A DNA stretch of 64,000 nt from a bacterium (GCA_963669175.1 OY769902.1:5312001-5376000), one strand, 5' to 3'; shown: positions 49,775-59,843, counted from the stretch's first letter. The notes: a model not told the origin generated them from the letters alone. Program-made: numbers and translations.

Positions 49775-49950
49775 AGGCTACTTCCTGCCACGCAAAAGGC
49801 TACTTCCTGTCACTCAAAAGGCTACTTCCTGCCACGCAAAAGGTTACTTCCTGCCACGCAAAAGGCTACCTCCTGCCACGCAAAAGGCTACTTCATGCCA
49901 CGCAAAAGGCTACTTCACGCCACGCAAAAGACTACTTCCTGTCAGCAAAC
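49775..49950. repeat. Tandem array, 8 x 22 bp
   Basis: Consensus AGGCTACTTCCTGCCACGCAAA, 0-2 substitutions in most copies, last copy degenerate. Confidence 0.95.
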
Positions 49951-49989
49951 AGGCTAATTATACTCTTAACTTCAATTTGTAAATCGTCT

Positions 49990-50997
49990 TTACTTGCCCG
50001 GCTTTAACCCGGTCTGCACCAGGTCATGCAACCGCAAGATTCCCACACATCGGTTATCTTCATCGACGACCGGCAGCACCATGATCTGGCTGGGACGGTT
50101 TTCCATTAGCAGCAGCGCGTCAATCGCCTTATCGTCAGCATGAACATGAACCGGCGCAACCGTCATCACTTCACTTGCATGCGCCCGCAGGAAATCAGCT
50201 CCCAGGCGCAGGATACCACGGCGCACATCACCATCCGTGATGATCCCCAGCAATTTGCCTTCCTTATTCACTACGCTGACCCCACCCAGCGCCGTATGGC
50301 TCAGGATATCCAACACGATTTCCATCGGAGTATCCGGATCGGTCAGCGGATTGTCCTGACCGTGGTGCATCAGATCCGATACAGCCAGCAGCAGACGTTT
50401 ACCGAGGCTGCCACCGGGATGGTTCCGTGCGAAATCGTCAGGAGTAAATCCACGCAGTTGCATCAGGACTGCCGCAAGCGCGTCCCCCATCAGCATGGTC
50501 ACTGTAGTGGAGCTGGTCGGCGCAAGACCGATCGGGCAGGCTTCACGTTCTACGCTTACATCCACCCAGATATCCGCCAACTTCGCCAGCCGGCTGGATT
50601 CATCACCGACCATCGCGATCAGGGTCACTTCCTTATTCCGCAACGCCGGGACAAGATCGATCAGTTCGTCGGTTTCACCTGACTTACTGATCAGCACAAC
50701 CACATCTCCCGAACTGACAACTCCCAGGTCGCCATGCGCGGCATCATTGGGGTGAAGAAACAGCGAGACGATACCGGTCGAACGGAACGTGGCATTTATC
50801 TTGTTGGCAATCAGCCCGCTTTTTCCGGCGCCGACAAAGATCACCTTGCCCTTGCCATGACCGTTTAACGCCATAATGGCTTTCACGGTTTCAACAAATC
50901 CTTCACCCAGCCTGCCACGTACATCTTGAGCCGCTGCGATTTCGAGATCGAAAATCTCTCGCGCCCTCTCGATGATTCCCTGGGATGTCTCGTGCAT
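49990..50997 (-). CDS. kdsD: Arabinose-5-phosphate isomerase (KpsF/GutQ, SIS+CBS)
   Basis: GAGKSGLIA, FLHP..AAHGDLG, SKSGET, LAPTSST, HPGGSLG, tandem CBS domains. Confidence 0.92.
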   Translation of the reverse strand: MHETSQGIIERAREIFDLEIAAAQDVRGRLGEGFVETVKAIMALNGHGKGKVIFVGAGKSGLIANKINATFRSTGIVSLFLHPNDAAHGDLGVVSSGDVVVLISKSGETDELIDLVPALRNKEVTLIAMVGDESSRLAKLADIWVDVSVEREACPIGLAPTSSTTVTMLMGDALAAVLMQLRGFTPDDFARNHPGGSLGKRLLLAVSDLMHHGQDNPLTDPDTPMEIVLDILSHTALGGVSVVNKEGKLLGIITDGDVRRGILRLGADFLRAHASEVMTVAPVHVHADDKAIDALLLMENRPSQIMVLPVVDEDNRCVGILRLHDLVQTGLKPGK

Positions 50998-51206
50998 GTA
51001 AAGTTCCCTTTTTCCACTAGTGGATCGATTCACTGGTACCAGTTTGGAGAAGGTAGGCAATCGGTACGTCTGGAGCAAAGCCCCCTTGTATAACTACGAT
51101 AAGTTATCGGCTTGTTGCCTGAATCATACATTTCATTCCTTTATGCGGGTTGACACCTTTATCCTTCCGAGCTACTTTCTCACACATTTTTAAAACGGGA
51201 ACAAAC

Positions 51207-52304
51207 ATGTCTACAGATAATCGTTCAAGATTCCTTTCCGCACTCGACGAGTGTACAGTCAGACTGTCAGAGTACCTGAAAGAACGGGACACGGCGCCCC
51301 GGTTTCACCCGCAGGATCTCCGAAATGCGGCAACCCTGTATGTTGAAGCTGGTGGGAAACGGTTGCGTCCTGCGTTAGTCCGTTGGAGCTGTGGCGCTGT
51401 TGGCGGAGCCCCGGACAGCTCCCTGCCCGCATCTGCCGCGGTGGAATTGTTCCACACCTGGTCTCTGGTCCATGATGACATCATCGACCGCGACAATACA
51501 CGTCGCGGCTCCGATACTGTTCACCATCACTTCTTCAAGGTCGCACGGGACCGCTATACGCAGATGTCCCATTCTGACCAGCATCATTACGGCGCAAGCG
51601 TAGCCATTCTGACAGGTGATGTCCAGCACGGATGGGCGATCTCCATGATGGTTGAGCTGGCCCTCAAAAACGGTCTTGATGCCAACCTGACCCTGAAACT
51701 AATCGACGAACTGGACACCAATGTCCTGAACGGCCTGTTGGAAGGCGAAATCCTCGACCTGCAGTTTTCTCACACTCCCTTGCAGGAATTGAATGTCGAT
51801 CAGATCGAAGACATGCTGTGGAAGAAGACCGGCATCCTTTACCAGTATTGTGCCCGCTGCGGTGCGATGATTGGGCTGGAGACCTTCGATCTTGAGAACA
51901 GCTACATCAGCGCACTTTCCGAGTTTTCCAAAGGCGCAGGGATTGCCTTCCAGCTTCAGGATGATATCCTGGGTATCGTGGGTGACCCCATGAAGCTGGG
52001 CAAACCGGTCGGCAGCGATATTATTGAAGGAAAGCGCACCACTGTCATTCATTACGCATATGAAAACGCCGATCCTTCAGAGCGCACCCGGATCGAGGAA
52101 ACCCTTGGCAAGGCGGAAGCCTCAGAGCAGGAGATCAACGAGGTCGTGGCTATCCTGAAGAATCGTGGCGGTATTGATAAGACACGCGAGCGTGCGATGC
52201 ACTGGATCAACTTCGCGGTGCCCCAGTTGGATGTATTACCGGAATCCGAGTATCGTGACCTGCTGCTTTCCTGGGCGCAGTTTACCGTGGACCGGTTTAA
52301 ATAA
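51207..52304 (+). CDS. Polyprenyl diphosphate (GGPP-like) synthase
   Basis: GGKRLRP, SLVHDDIID..RRG, AILTGD, KKT, AFQLQDDILG, GKPVGSDIIEGK. Confidence 0.92.
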   Translation: MSTDNRSRFLSALDECTVRLSEYLKERDTAPRFHPQDLRNAATLYVEAGGKRLRPALVRWSCGAVGGAPDSSLPASAAVELFHTWSLVHDDIIDRDNTRRGSDTVHHHFFKVARDRYTQMSHSDQHHYGASVAILTGDVQHGWAISMMVELALKNGLDANLTLKLIDELDTNVLNGLLEGEILDLQFSHTPLQELNVDQIEDMLWKKTGILYQYCARCGAMIGLETFDLENSYISALSEFSKGAGIAFQLQDDILGIVGDPMKLGKPVGSDIIEGKRTTVIHYAYENADPSERTRIEETLGKAEASEQEINEVVAILKNRGGIDKTRERAMHWINFAVPQLDVLPESEYRDLLLSWAQFTVDRFK

Positions 52305-53068
52305 TGCTGTTGACAGGTGAAGCCTGGTGGCTGGCCGCATTCCTGGCCGTGATAGTGCGTCTCGACCGGTATCTTCACCTTTCTACCTTCCTGAGTCAAC
52401 CCCTGGTCAGTGGTTTGCTGGCCGGAGCACTGTTCAACGAATGGCAGGCCGGTTTAACTGCCGGTCTGCTGGTGCAGGCAGCCTGGCTGCACCAATGCCT
52501 GGATACGGCCACACCGCCACGCTATTCCGCTAAAAATTCCATCTTCCGTCGCGTTGGCTTGACTGACCAGCCAGACGCAACCTCCGCAGGCGCTGTTGCC
52601 GGACTATTGAATGCCGCCCTGGTGAGCGCTGGGCGCCCTGTCGGCCTCTCGCTGGCTTATGCGCTTTTCGTAGCCTGGTTGACCGGAGCGCTGGGAGCTA
52701 TCGTAAACAGGCTTCACCTTGCTATCAATGACCGGACCGTCTCGCTTGCCGATTTGTATGCAACTCGCGGTGAAGCAAAAGAATTCAGCCGTATTGTGTT
52801 TCTGGATCTGATCCATCACGCTGTTGCGGGGCTGGTAATCATCTGGATTCCAGCCCGATTGGGGCTCTTTCTCTGGTCATTTGTTGAGATAATCGCTGCA
52901 AACAGAATTGACCCAACAGCTCGTTTTGTCGGTGAAGCTCTGATCGGATATGGTATCGTCACGCTTGCACGATGGTTCGTGACAGGGCGACGTGGTTTTG
53001 CCTTTGCCATGCCAATTGTCGCGGCTGCCGCCTATGTACTGATAATCAACATGATGGGGGAACTCTGA
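52304..53068 (+). CDS. Divergent PTS mannose-family EIIC-like membrane protein
   Basis: Hydrophobic; LSQPLVSGLLAG..GLTAGLLVQ resembles the EIIC N-terminus; upstream of IID-like, ptsH and ptsI. Confidence 0.55.
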   Translation: MLLTGEAWWLAAFLAVIVRLDRYLHLSTFLSQPLVSGLLAGALFNEWQAGLTAGLLVQAAWLHQCLDTATPPRYSAKNSIFRRVGLTDQPDATSAGAVAGLLNAALVSAGRPVGLSLAYALFVAWLTGALGAIVNRLHLAINDRTVSLADLYATRGEAKEFSRIVFLDLIHHAVAGLVIIWIPARLGLFLWSFVEIIAANRIDPTARFVGEALIGYGIVTLARWFVTGRRGFAFAMPIVAAAAYVLIINMMGEL

Positions 53069-53847
53069 TGCCGCACGTTGCCCCCGAACTGCCCAATACG
53101 CCACCACGCAGGCTGGCAATAACACTGATCATTCGCAGTGTACTGGTCCGGATTCTTACCAGTACACGCCGTATCCAGGGTATTGGCCTTGCCTGGGCTG
53201 TTCTTCCGGCATTGAAAAGGAATTCTCGTGACCGGAAGGATCTGGCTTCGCGTATGCACAGGCATGTCTACCGATGTGAAGTAGATCCGGACACGGCAGG
53301 ACTGCTCATCGGCGCGATTGCTCGTAAGGAAATGCGAGGCCTGGGACACAGCACTCCCAGGATGAAGTCCAGTTACGCTCCCCTGCTGTTCCACCTGGGA
53401 CGTGACCTGATGGACAGAACAGTCAGGCCGTTGCTGCTGGCTTTGGCGATATTGCTCTTGTTGGCATTACCGCAAGACGAGATCACACTTGTAGCTATCA
53501 TAATGGGAATGCTGGTTTTACAGAACACATTTACCTGGACTGCCCGCTTTGCAGGTATCTATTGGGGGTGGGCGCTGGAGGACAAAGCGGCAATCATTTT
53601 CTCTCGTCTGGTCGTTCGTCGATGGACAGAAGGATTGAAATGGGGTGGAGCGGCTGTGACGGGGCTCTTGTTCACCGTGGTCCTTTTCCTTTATAATGCA
53701 GGTGAGCATACAGGTTTTTCTCCAGCGGCAGGACTTGGCATGTTGATCGCCCTGATCGGCAACCGCCGTCTGCATCCCACATTGGGCTTTTTTGCCGCCT
53801 GGATTGTTGGCCTGGTTGTACTGATGACCGGAACTTCCGGATTGTAA
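53068..53847 (+). CDS. Divergent PTS mannose-family EIID-like membrane protein
   Basis: RS..RRIQGIGLAWAVLPALK..RH, LGRDLM..TVRP pattern of EIID; ATG overlaps the EIIC stop. Confidence 0.6.
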   Translation: MPHVAPELPNTPPRRLAITLIIRSVLVRILTSTRRIQGIGLAWAVLPALKRNSRDRKDLASRMHRHVYRCEVDPDTAGLLIGAIARKEMRGLGHSTPRMKSSYAPLLFHLGRDLMDRTVRPLLLALAILLLLALPQDEITLVAIIMGMLVLQNTFTWTARFAGIYWGWALEDKAAIIFSRLVVRRWTEGLKWGGAAVTGLLFTVVLFLYNAGEHTGFSPAAGLGMLIALIGNRRLHPTLGFFAAWIVGLVVLMTGTSGL

Positions 53848-53876
53848 CTCCCAACAACGGAACAAGTGGATACAAC

Positions 53877-54149
53877 GTGCTGGTAGAACGAGTCACATTA
53901 CTGAACAAACTCGGGTTGCACGCGAGGCCTGCCTCGCGGCTGGTGAAAATTGCGGCCCAGTATAAAGAAACGACTGTAGAAGTCGGTTACGGAGCCGAGA
54001 TTATCAATGCGAAATCCATCCTGGGTGTGATGATGCTCGCTGCCGGCCCCGGCACAGAACTGGAAATCAGAGTCGATGGTCCCGAAGAAAAAGAATGCCT
54101 CGCAGAACTGGTTGACCTGGTGAACAAAAAGTTTTTTGAAGACGAGTAA
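53877..54149 (+). CDS. ptsH: Phosphocarrier protein HPr
   Basis: NKLGLHARPA (His15), NAKSILGVMMLAA (Ser46). Confidence 0.95.
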   Translation: MLVERVTLLNKLGLHARPASRLVKIAAQYKETTVEVGYGAEIINAKSILGVMMLAAGPGTELEIRVDGPEEKECLAELVDLVNKKFFEDE

Positions 54150-54193
54150 GATACAAATGATGGTATTTCTGTTGAACCGGAATACCAGTTTGA

Positions 54194-55975
54194 ATGTGGA
54201 AAGCCATGGCACGACAACTGAAATACAAGGGACAGGCTGTATCGCCGGGAATCGCATCGGGCCCGGCGGTTTTGTTACGTCGCCAGTTCCGGAAACCCGA
54301 ATGTAAGAAAATTGATCAGGCGAAGGTCGCAAATGAAGTTGAGCGCCTGTATAACGCGATAGACCGTGCGCGGACGGACATCGAAGGACAACGGGAACGC
54401 GCAACGAAGGGACTGGGCGAAACAGTTGCCCGTATCTTCGATGCCCACCTGATGATTCTGGAAGACGAGCCTACCTTCGAAATTGTCATCCAGCAGATCA
54501 ACCAGGACTTGTGCAGCGCGGAAGCCGCCCTGTTCCAGGTGTTTGATGGTTTCGCCAATCGCTTCGAGGCCCAGAAAGAACAGATTTTCAGGGATCGTGC
54601 CCAGGATGTCCGTGAAGTGTGCGGACGTATCCTCGGTCACCTGATCGGACGTTCCACTGACACACTCCTGGATATTGATGAGCCTTCCATCCTGATCGCT
54701 TCTGAGCTGGGACCGTCTGATGTCCTTCAGCTTGATCCGGAACGTATTATTGGCGTCGCTGCCGACAAGGGCGGCGCTACCAGTCACACGGCAATCCTGA
54801 CTCGCGCCCTTGGTGTTCCCAGCGTGGTTGGTCTGCATGATATCACCCGGCAGGCCAAGCCCGGCAATATTGTAGTGGTCAATGGCAATTCCGGAAAGGT
54901 CGTCCTGCGGCCCACTCAGCGAAACCTGGACCGGTACAAGGAAAAGGAAACCCAGTATCGCGCTTTTGTCAGATCATTGCGTGACATCAATGAGCTTCCG
55001 GCTGAGACAAAAGATGGCCGCAAAATTCACCTTGGCGCCAATATTGAATTGCCTGGTGAAGCAAGAAATGTGGCAAGATTTGGTGGTGACGGGATCGGCC
55101 TGTACCGAACGGAATACCTGTTCCTGGCGCAGGACACCGTACCCAGCGAAGAACAACAGGTCAAAGAGTACACGGAAGTTGTCAAGCAGCTTGACGGCAA
55201 ACCGCTTGTCATCAGAACATTTGACCTGGGTGGTGATAAGGTTTTCCCGGCGGCGGGAATTCCCCCGGAAGCGAACCCATTTATGGGTTGGCGTGCCATT
55301 CGAGTCGCGCTTGATCGTCCTGAAATATTTGTAACACAGCTTCGCGCCATTCTCCGCGCTTCCGTGCATGGCCCGATCAAAGTCATGTTCCCCATGATCT
55401 CGGACATGCAGGAACTGAAACTGGCGAAGGGATTATTTGAGGAAGCTAAATCCCAGTTGCGTGACGAGGGAATAGACTACGATCCGGATATGAAAGTCGG
55501 GATCATGATCGAAGTCCCATCAACAGCTATCCTGGCCGATCAGTTCGCAAAAGAAGTTGATTTCTTCTCCATCGGCACCAACGATCTTGCCCAGTTCACA
55601 CTGGCCGTGGACCGTGGGAATGAACAGGTGGCGCATCTTCATACAGTTTATCATCCATCCGTTCTCTTCCTGATAAGCTGGACAGTGGAGGCGGCTCATC
55701 ATCATAATATTCCGGTAGCCCTTTGTGGTGAGTTTGCCGGTGACCCGGCAGCTTCACTTCTCCTGCTGGGCCTGGGATTGGACGAGATCTCGATGAGTCC
55801 GGTCCGCATCCCGGAAATCAAAAAACTGATCCGGTCCGCCACACAGAAAGAAGCCTACGAGATTACGCAGAAAGTTTTAACGTCCAAATCTTCTCGTGAA
55901 GCCCATGACCGCCTGGTGCGGCGCATGAAGCAACGGTTTGCGGAATTACCCATCTGGTTTGGAGGGAAACAGTGA
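54194..55975 (+). CDS. ptsI: PEP-protein phosphotransferase (enzyme I)
   Basis: GGATSHTAIL, GIGLYRTE, IRTFDLGGDK, EANPFMGWRAIR, FSIGTNDL, LCGE. Confidence 0.95.
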   Translation: MWKAMARQLKYKGQAVSPGIASGPAVLLRRQFRKPECKKIDQAKVANEVERLYNAIDRARTDIEGQRERATKGLGETVARIFDAHLMILEDEPTFEIVIQQINQDLCSAEAALFQVFDGFANRFEAQKEQIFRDRAQDVREVCGRILGHLIGRSTDTLLDIDEPSILIASELGPSDVLQLDPERIIGVAADKGGATSHTAILTRALGVPSVVGLHDITRQAKPGNIVVVNGNSGKVVLRPTQRNLDRYKEKETQYRAFVRSLRDINELPAETKDGRKIHLGANIELPGEARNVARFGGDGIGLYRTEYLFLAQDTVPSEEQQVKEYTEVVKQLDGKPLVIRTFDLGGDKVFPAAGIPPEANPFMGWRAIRVALDRPEIFVTQLRAILRASVHGPIKVMFPMISDMQELKLAKGLFEEAKSQLRDEGIDYDPDMKVGIMIEVPSTAILADQFAKEVDFFSIGTNDLAQFTLAVDRGNEQVAHLHTVYHPSVLFLISWTVEAAHHHNIPVALCGEFAGDPAASLLLLGLGLDEISMSPVRIPEIKKLIRSATQKEAYEITQKVLTSKSSREAHDRLVRRMKQRFAELPIWFGGKQ

Positions 55976-57012
55976 TGGAGTGGAACGAAACGGTAGATCG
56001 CCACGGCATGCGGCAGAATCTTGAAAGCTGGCCGTTGCAGATAGAACGAAGCTGGAAAGCAGGTTTTGAGTATGGGCAGACAACCCGTACAGAAGCTCCA
56101 TGTGTCCTGATCTGGGCGGGCATGGGTGGCAGCGCCATCGGCGGTGATTACAGCGCCATGCTGGCCAAGGCTTCCGCCCCCTTCCCCATCCTGGTGCATC
56201 GTGGCGGGCCGCTTCCGGCCTGGGTGGGCGAGCATGATCGTATCGTGCTGGTCAGCTTTTCCGGCAATACAGCCGAAACCCTGGATACAGCCGCGCAGGC
56301 AGCCGAACGTGGCTGTAAAATAGACGCGCTGACTTCGGGTGGAAAATTGGGACAGTGGTGCGGAGAACGCGGCATCACGCCGATGAAAGTCGGCGGCGGA
56401 CGCCCTCCCAGGACTGCGCTGGGTGATCTGTTTATTACCTGCCTGGGGATGCTGGCGGGCAGAGGATGGGTGAAAGTAACCCATGAGGACGCCACAGAAG
56501 CGGTCACGATAGCCAACGAGTTGACCTCAACGCTTGGCGCTGTTCCCTCTTCGAGCGATCACCCGCTCCTGGACCTGTTAAACTTTTTCAAAGACCGGCT
56601 TCCAATGATATATGGGACCGGCACTTTACCGGCGGTAGCCAGGCGATGTGCCGGGCAGTTCAACGAGAACGGGAAATGGCCGGCCCATTGGGGTGAGTTG
56701 CCGGAAATGAACCACAATGAAGTGGTGGCTTATGTTCCCGATACGCCCTGGGCGCAGAAAGCGGCGCTGCTGTTCTTTGAAGACCCTGACAGTCCGGAAG
56801 AAGACTTGCTTCGCGTCAAAGTCACCTTGAACCTGGCAGCATCTGTCGGTTTGCCGGGAAAATCGTTACGTCCTGTTTCAGATTCTCCTCTTGCACGAAT
56901 TATAGAATTGACCATCACTGCTGACTGGCTGAGTTACTGGTTTGCCATAGCAAACGGAACAGATCCAACCCCTATTGAACCAATAGACAAACTGAAGGCG
57001 GCATTGGTTTAG
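55972..57012 (+). CDS. Bifunctional phosphoglucose/phosphomannose isomerase (SIS family)
   Basis: GMGGSAIGGD, SFSGNTAET, TSGGKL, PPR, QFNENGK, PEMNHNE, IDKLK. Confidence 0.9.
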   Translation: MMEWNETVDRHGMRQNLESWPLQIERSWKAGFEYGQTTRTEAPCVLIWAGMGGSAIGGDYSAMLAKASAPFPILVHRGGPLPAWVGEHDRIVLVSFSGNTAETLDTAAQAAERGCKIDALTSGGKLGQWCGERGITPMKVGGGRPPRTALGDLFITCLGMLAGRGWVKVTHEDATEAVTIANELTSTLGAVPSSSDHPLLDLLNFFKDRLPMIYGTGTLPAVARRCAGQFNENGKWPAHWGELPEMNHNEVVAYVPDTPWAQKAALLFFEDPDSPEEDLLRVKVTLNLAASVGLPGKSLRPVSDSPLARIIELTITADWLSYWFAIANGTDPTPIEPIDKLKAALV

Positions 57013-57059
57013 ATGAACCTTATTTTTCAGGGTTTGGAGAATTAATTGTAGCGATACTC

Positions 57060-57088
57060 TTGAACCACGCAGTCACAGACCGTACTAT
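57060..57088 (+). promoter_or_regulatory. Sigma-70-type promoter of metK
   Basis: TTGAAC-N17-TACTAT about 105 nt upstream of the metK ATG. Confidence 0.5.
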
Positions 57089-57193
57089 TCAAGATTGGCA
57101 AATTTGGAATTCCTAAGAGCACGGATAGCGCCGCGTCTTTTAGGTTTCAAGCAGAGCTATTCAAGCATTTCACATACGTAAGGAACCGTAAAT

Positions 57194-58336
57194 ATGGCCG
57201 ATTTTCTGTTCTCAAGCGAATCCGTAACGGAAGGGCATCCTGACAAACTGGCCGATCAGTTAAGTGATGCGGTTCTGGATGCCATTCTTTCAGAGGATCC
57301 ATTCGGTCGTGTGGCATGCGAAACATTCGTTACCACGGGCATGGTATTGGTTGGCGGTGAAATTTCGACAACCACCTATGTTGACATTCCATCACTGGTC
57401 AGAGGTGTTGTCAGAGATATCGGGTATACGCATTCTGACTTTGGTTTTGATGCTGACACCTGTGCGGTCATGGCAACGATTGATCAGCAGTCCAGCGATA
57501 TCGCGATGGGTGTAGATAAAGCCGGCGCCGGCGACCAGGGCATTATGTTCGGGTATGCCTGCACAGAGACACCGCAACTAATGCCAATGCCGATCCAGTT
57601 GGCACATCAGCTCACGCGCCGCCTGGCGGAAATTCGTCATAACGGCACCTTGCCGTGGTTGCGCCCGGACGGCAAATCACAGGTTTCCATTCGTTATGCT
57701 GATGACAAACCGGTAGAAGTAACCGCAATCGTTCTGTCTACACAGCATGGCGCTGACGTAAAGCATGCAGACCTGAAAGAAGCTGTCTGGGAACATGTGA
57801 TCAAGCCGGTCATTCCCGCAGACATGTATGATGAGAAGAAACTGATCACCCATATCAATCCGACGGGACGTTTTGTCTTGGGTGGTCCGCATGCTGATGC
57901 CGGGCTAACCGGACGTAAGATCATTGTCGATACGTATGGTGGCTACGCGCCTCATGGTGGTGGTTGCTTCAGCGGCAAGGATCCGACAAAGGTGGACCGT
58001 AGCGCAGCGTATATGTCCCGTTATGCAGCCAAGAATGTTGTGGCGGCAGGACTTGCCGAGCGCTGCACAATTCAGCTTGCTTATGCTATTGGCGTTGCTG
58101 AACCGGTCAGTTTCCTGGTACGTACGGAGGGCACCGGGAAGATCGAAGATGAGCGCATTGCCCAGCTTCTTCTTGATAATCTGAACTTCACTCCCGATGG
58201 CATCATTGAGCACTTGGATCTTCGTCGTCCGATTTATCGTAACACCGCTGCCTATGGGCACTTCGGCCGGGAAGAAAAAGGATTTTCCTGGGAAGACACA
58301 AGTGTGTTGGCGCCCTTGTTGAAGAAAAACGCATAA
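57194..58336 (+). CDS. metK: S-adenosylmethionine synthetase
   Basis: [66 protein letters not shown]. Confidence 0.98.
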   Translation: MADFLFSSESVTEGHPDKLADQLSDAVLDAILSEDPFGRVACETFVTTGMVLVGGEISTTTYVDIPSLVRGVVRDIGYTHSDFGFDADTCAVMATIDQQSSDIAMGVDKAGAGDQGIMFGYACTETPQLMPMPIQLAHQLTRRLAEIRHNGTLPWLRPDGKSQVSIRYADDKPVEVTAIVLSTQHGADVKHADLKEAVWEHVIKPVIPADMYDEKKLITHINPTGRFVLGGPHADAGLTGRKIIVDTYGGYAPHGGGCFSGKDPTKVDRSAAYMSRYAAKNVVAAGLAERCTIQLAYAIGVAEPVSFLVRTEGTGKIEDERIAQLLLDNLNFTPDGIIEHLDLRRPIYRNTAAYGHFGREEKGFSWEDTSVLAPLLKKNA

Positions 58337-58465
58337 AGAGAGAGTCAAAGGCAATACTCGTAGACGGGAATGGACGTTTACGGTTTCCAATATTGAACAC
58401 CATTCATTCGTTGTTGGAATGGTACGAGAATTGCTTGCTAAACCAACAAAGCAGGAGTACAAAGC

Positions 58466-59734
58466 GTGAAACCGACAGATTGTGATGTCAAAGACCTTAA
58501 CCTCGCCGATGAGGGATTGCGCCGCATCCAGTGGGCCGATAATGACATGCCTGTATTACAGAAGGTGCGTGAACGGTTCCGCAAAGAGCAGCCTTTAGAA
58601 GGTCTGCGTATGAGTGCCTGTCTGCATGTAACGGCAGAAACCGCGAACCTGGTTCGCACATTGAAGGCCGGTGGCGCTGATATCGTTCTGTGTGCGTCCA
58701 ATCCGCTGTCTACACAGGATGATGTAGCAGCCTCCCTGGTTCGCGACTATGATATTCGTGTCTACGCGATCCGTGGCATTGACAACGCTGGCTACTACCG
58801 TCATCTGACAGCAGCAGCAGAGCATAAACCGCATGTGACCATGGATGATGGTTGCGATCTGGTTACCCTGATTCACGAGAAATACGCTGACCAGATGAAA
58901 AATATGGTCGGTTCCATGGAAGAAACGACGACGGGTGTGATTCGTCTGCGCGCCATGGAAAAAAGCGGCGTGTTGAAGCTGCCGGTGATTGCAGTCAACG
59001 ACGCCAAGACCAAGAACATGTTTGACAACCGCTATGGCACCGGCCAGTCAACGGTCGATGGCATCATCCGCGCCACAGATATCCTGTTGGCCGGTAAGAC
59101 CGTGGTTGTCCTCGGTTATGGCTGGTGCGGACGTGGCTTCGCCAACCGTTGCCGTGGTATGGGCGCAAATGTGGTCATCACAGAAATTGATCCAATCAAG
59201 GCGCTTGAGGCTGCGATGGACGGCTTCCGTGTCATGCCCATGGAAAAAGCGGCAGAAGTCGGTGACCTGTTCTGCACCCTGACCGGCAACAAGCATGTTA
59301 TCCGTAAAGAGCATTTCGAGAAGATGAAAGATGGGGCCATGGTTGCCAACAGTGGTCACTTCGATGTAGAAATCGACATCCCGGCGTTGCAGTCACTGGC
59401 CGATCATATCAATCTCGGTGTCCGTAACAATGTCGATGAATACACGATGAAGAACACTCATCGCATCTTCCTGCTGGCTAACGGCCGCCTGATCAACCTG
59501 GCTGCCGCTGAAGGTCATCCGGCATCCGTGATGGACATGAGTTTCGCAACACAGGCGCTGTGCAGCGAATTTATGGTCAAGAACGGTGCAAATCTTGAAA
59601 ATAAAGTCTACGATCCGCCTGCCGAGATCGAGGATACGGTCAGCCGTCACAAGCTGGCGTCAATGAATCTCGCCATTGATGAACTGACCGAAGAACAGAT
59701 AAAATATCTGTCCGACTGGCAGGAAGGGACCTGA
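58466..59734 (+). CDS. ahcY: Adenosylhomocysteinase
   Basis: CLHVTAET, SNPLSTQD, DDGCDL, EETTTG, FDNRYGTGQS, GYGWCGRG, GHFDVEID, GRLINLAAAEGHP. Confidence 0.98.
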   Translation: MKPTDCDVKDLNLADEGLRRIQWADNDMPVLQKVRERFRKEQPLEGLRMSACLHVTAETANLVRTLKAGGADIVLCASNPLSTQDDVAASLVRDYDIRVYAIRGIDNAGYYRHLTAAAEHKPHVTMDDGCDLVTLIHEKYADQMKNMVGSMEETTTGVIRLRAMEKSGVLKLPVIAVNDAKTKNMFDNRYGTGQSTVDGIIRATDILLAGKTVVVLGYGWCGRGFANRCRGMGANVVITEIDPIKALEAAMDGFRVMPMEKAAEVGDLFCTLTGNKHVIRKEHFEKMKDGAMVANSGHFDVEIDIPALQSLADHINLGVRNNVDEYTMKNTHRIFLLANGRLINLAAAEGHPASVMDMSFATQALCSEFMVKNGANLENKVYDPPAEIEDTVSRHKLASMNLAIDELTEEQIKYLSDWQEGT

Positions 59735-59843
59735 TCCTATTGTGCCGCCCTCGCTACCGGTTCTATTTTACATGTAGCTCTGATGGCCGGGGCGGCGTCT
59801 TTTGTAAAACGTCGGGAGGTCCGGATCGTAGCACGGAGGACTT

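Noticed and set aside
49775-49950. CRISPR array or plasmid iterons
   Set aside because: No spacers, no Rep gene or origin context
49186-49990. IS605 element with TnpB/omegaRNA
   Set aside because: No tnpB or iscB ORF adjacent; ends are symmetric inverted REP-like repeats
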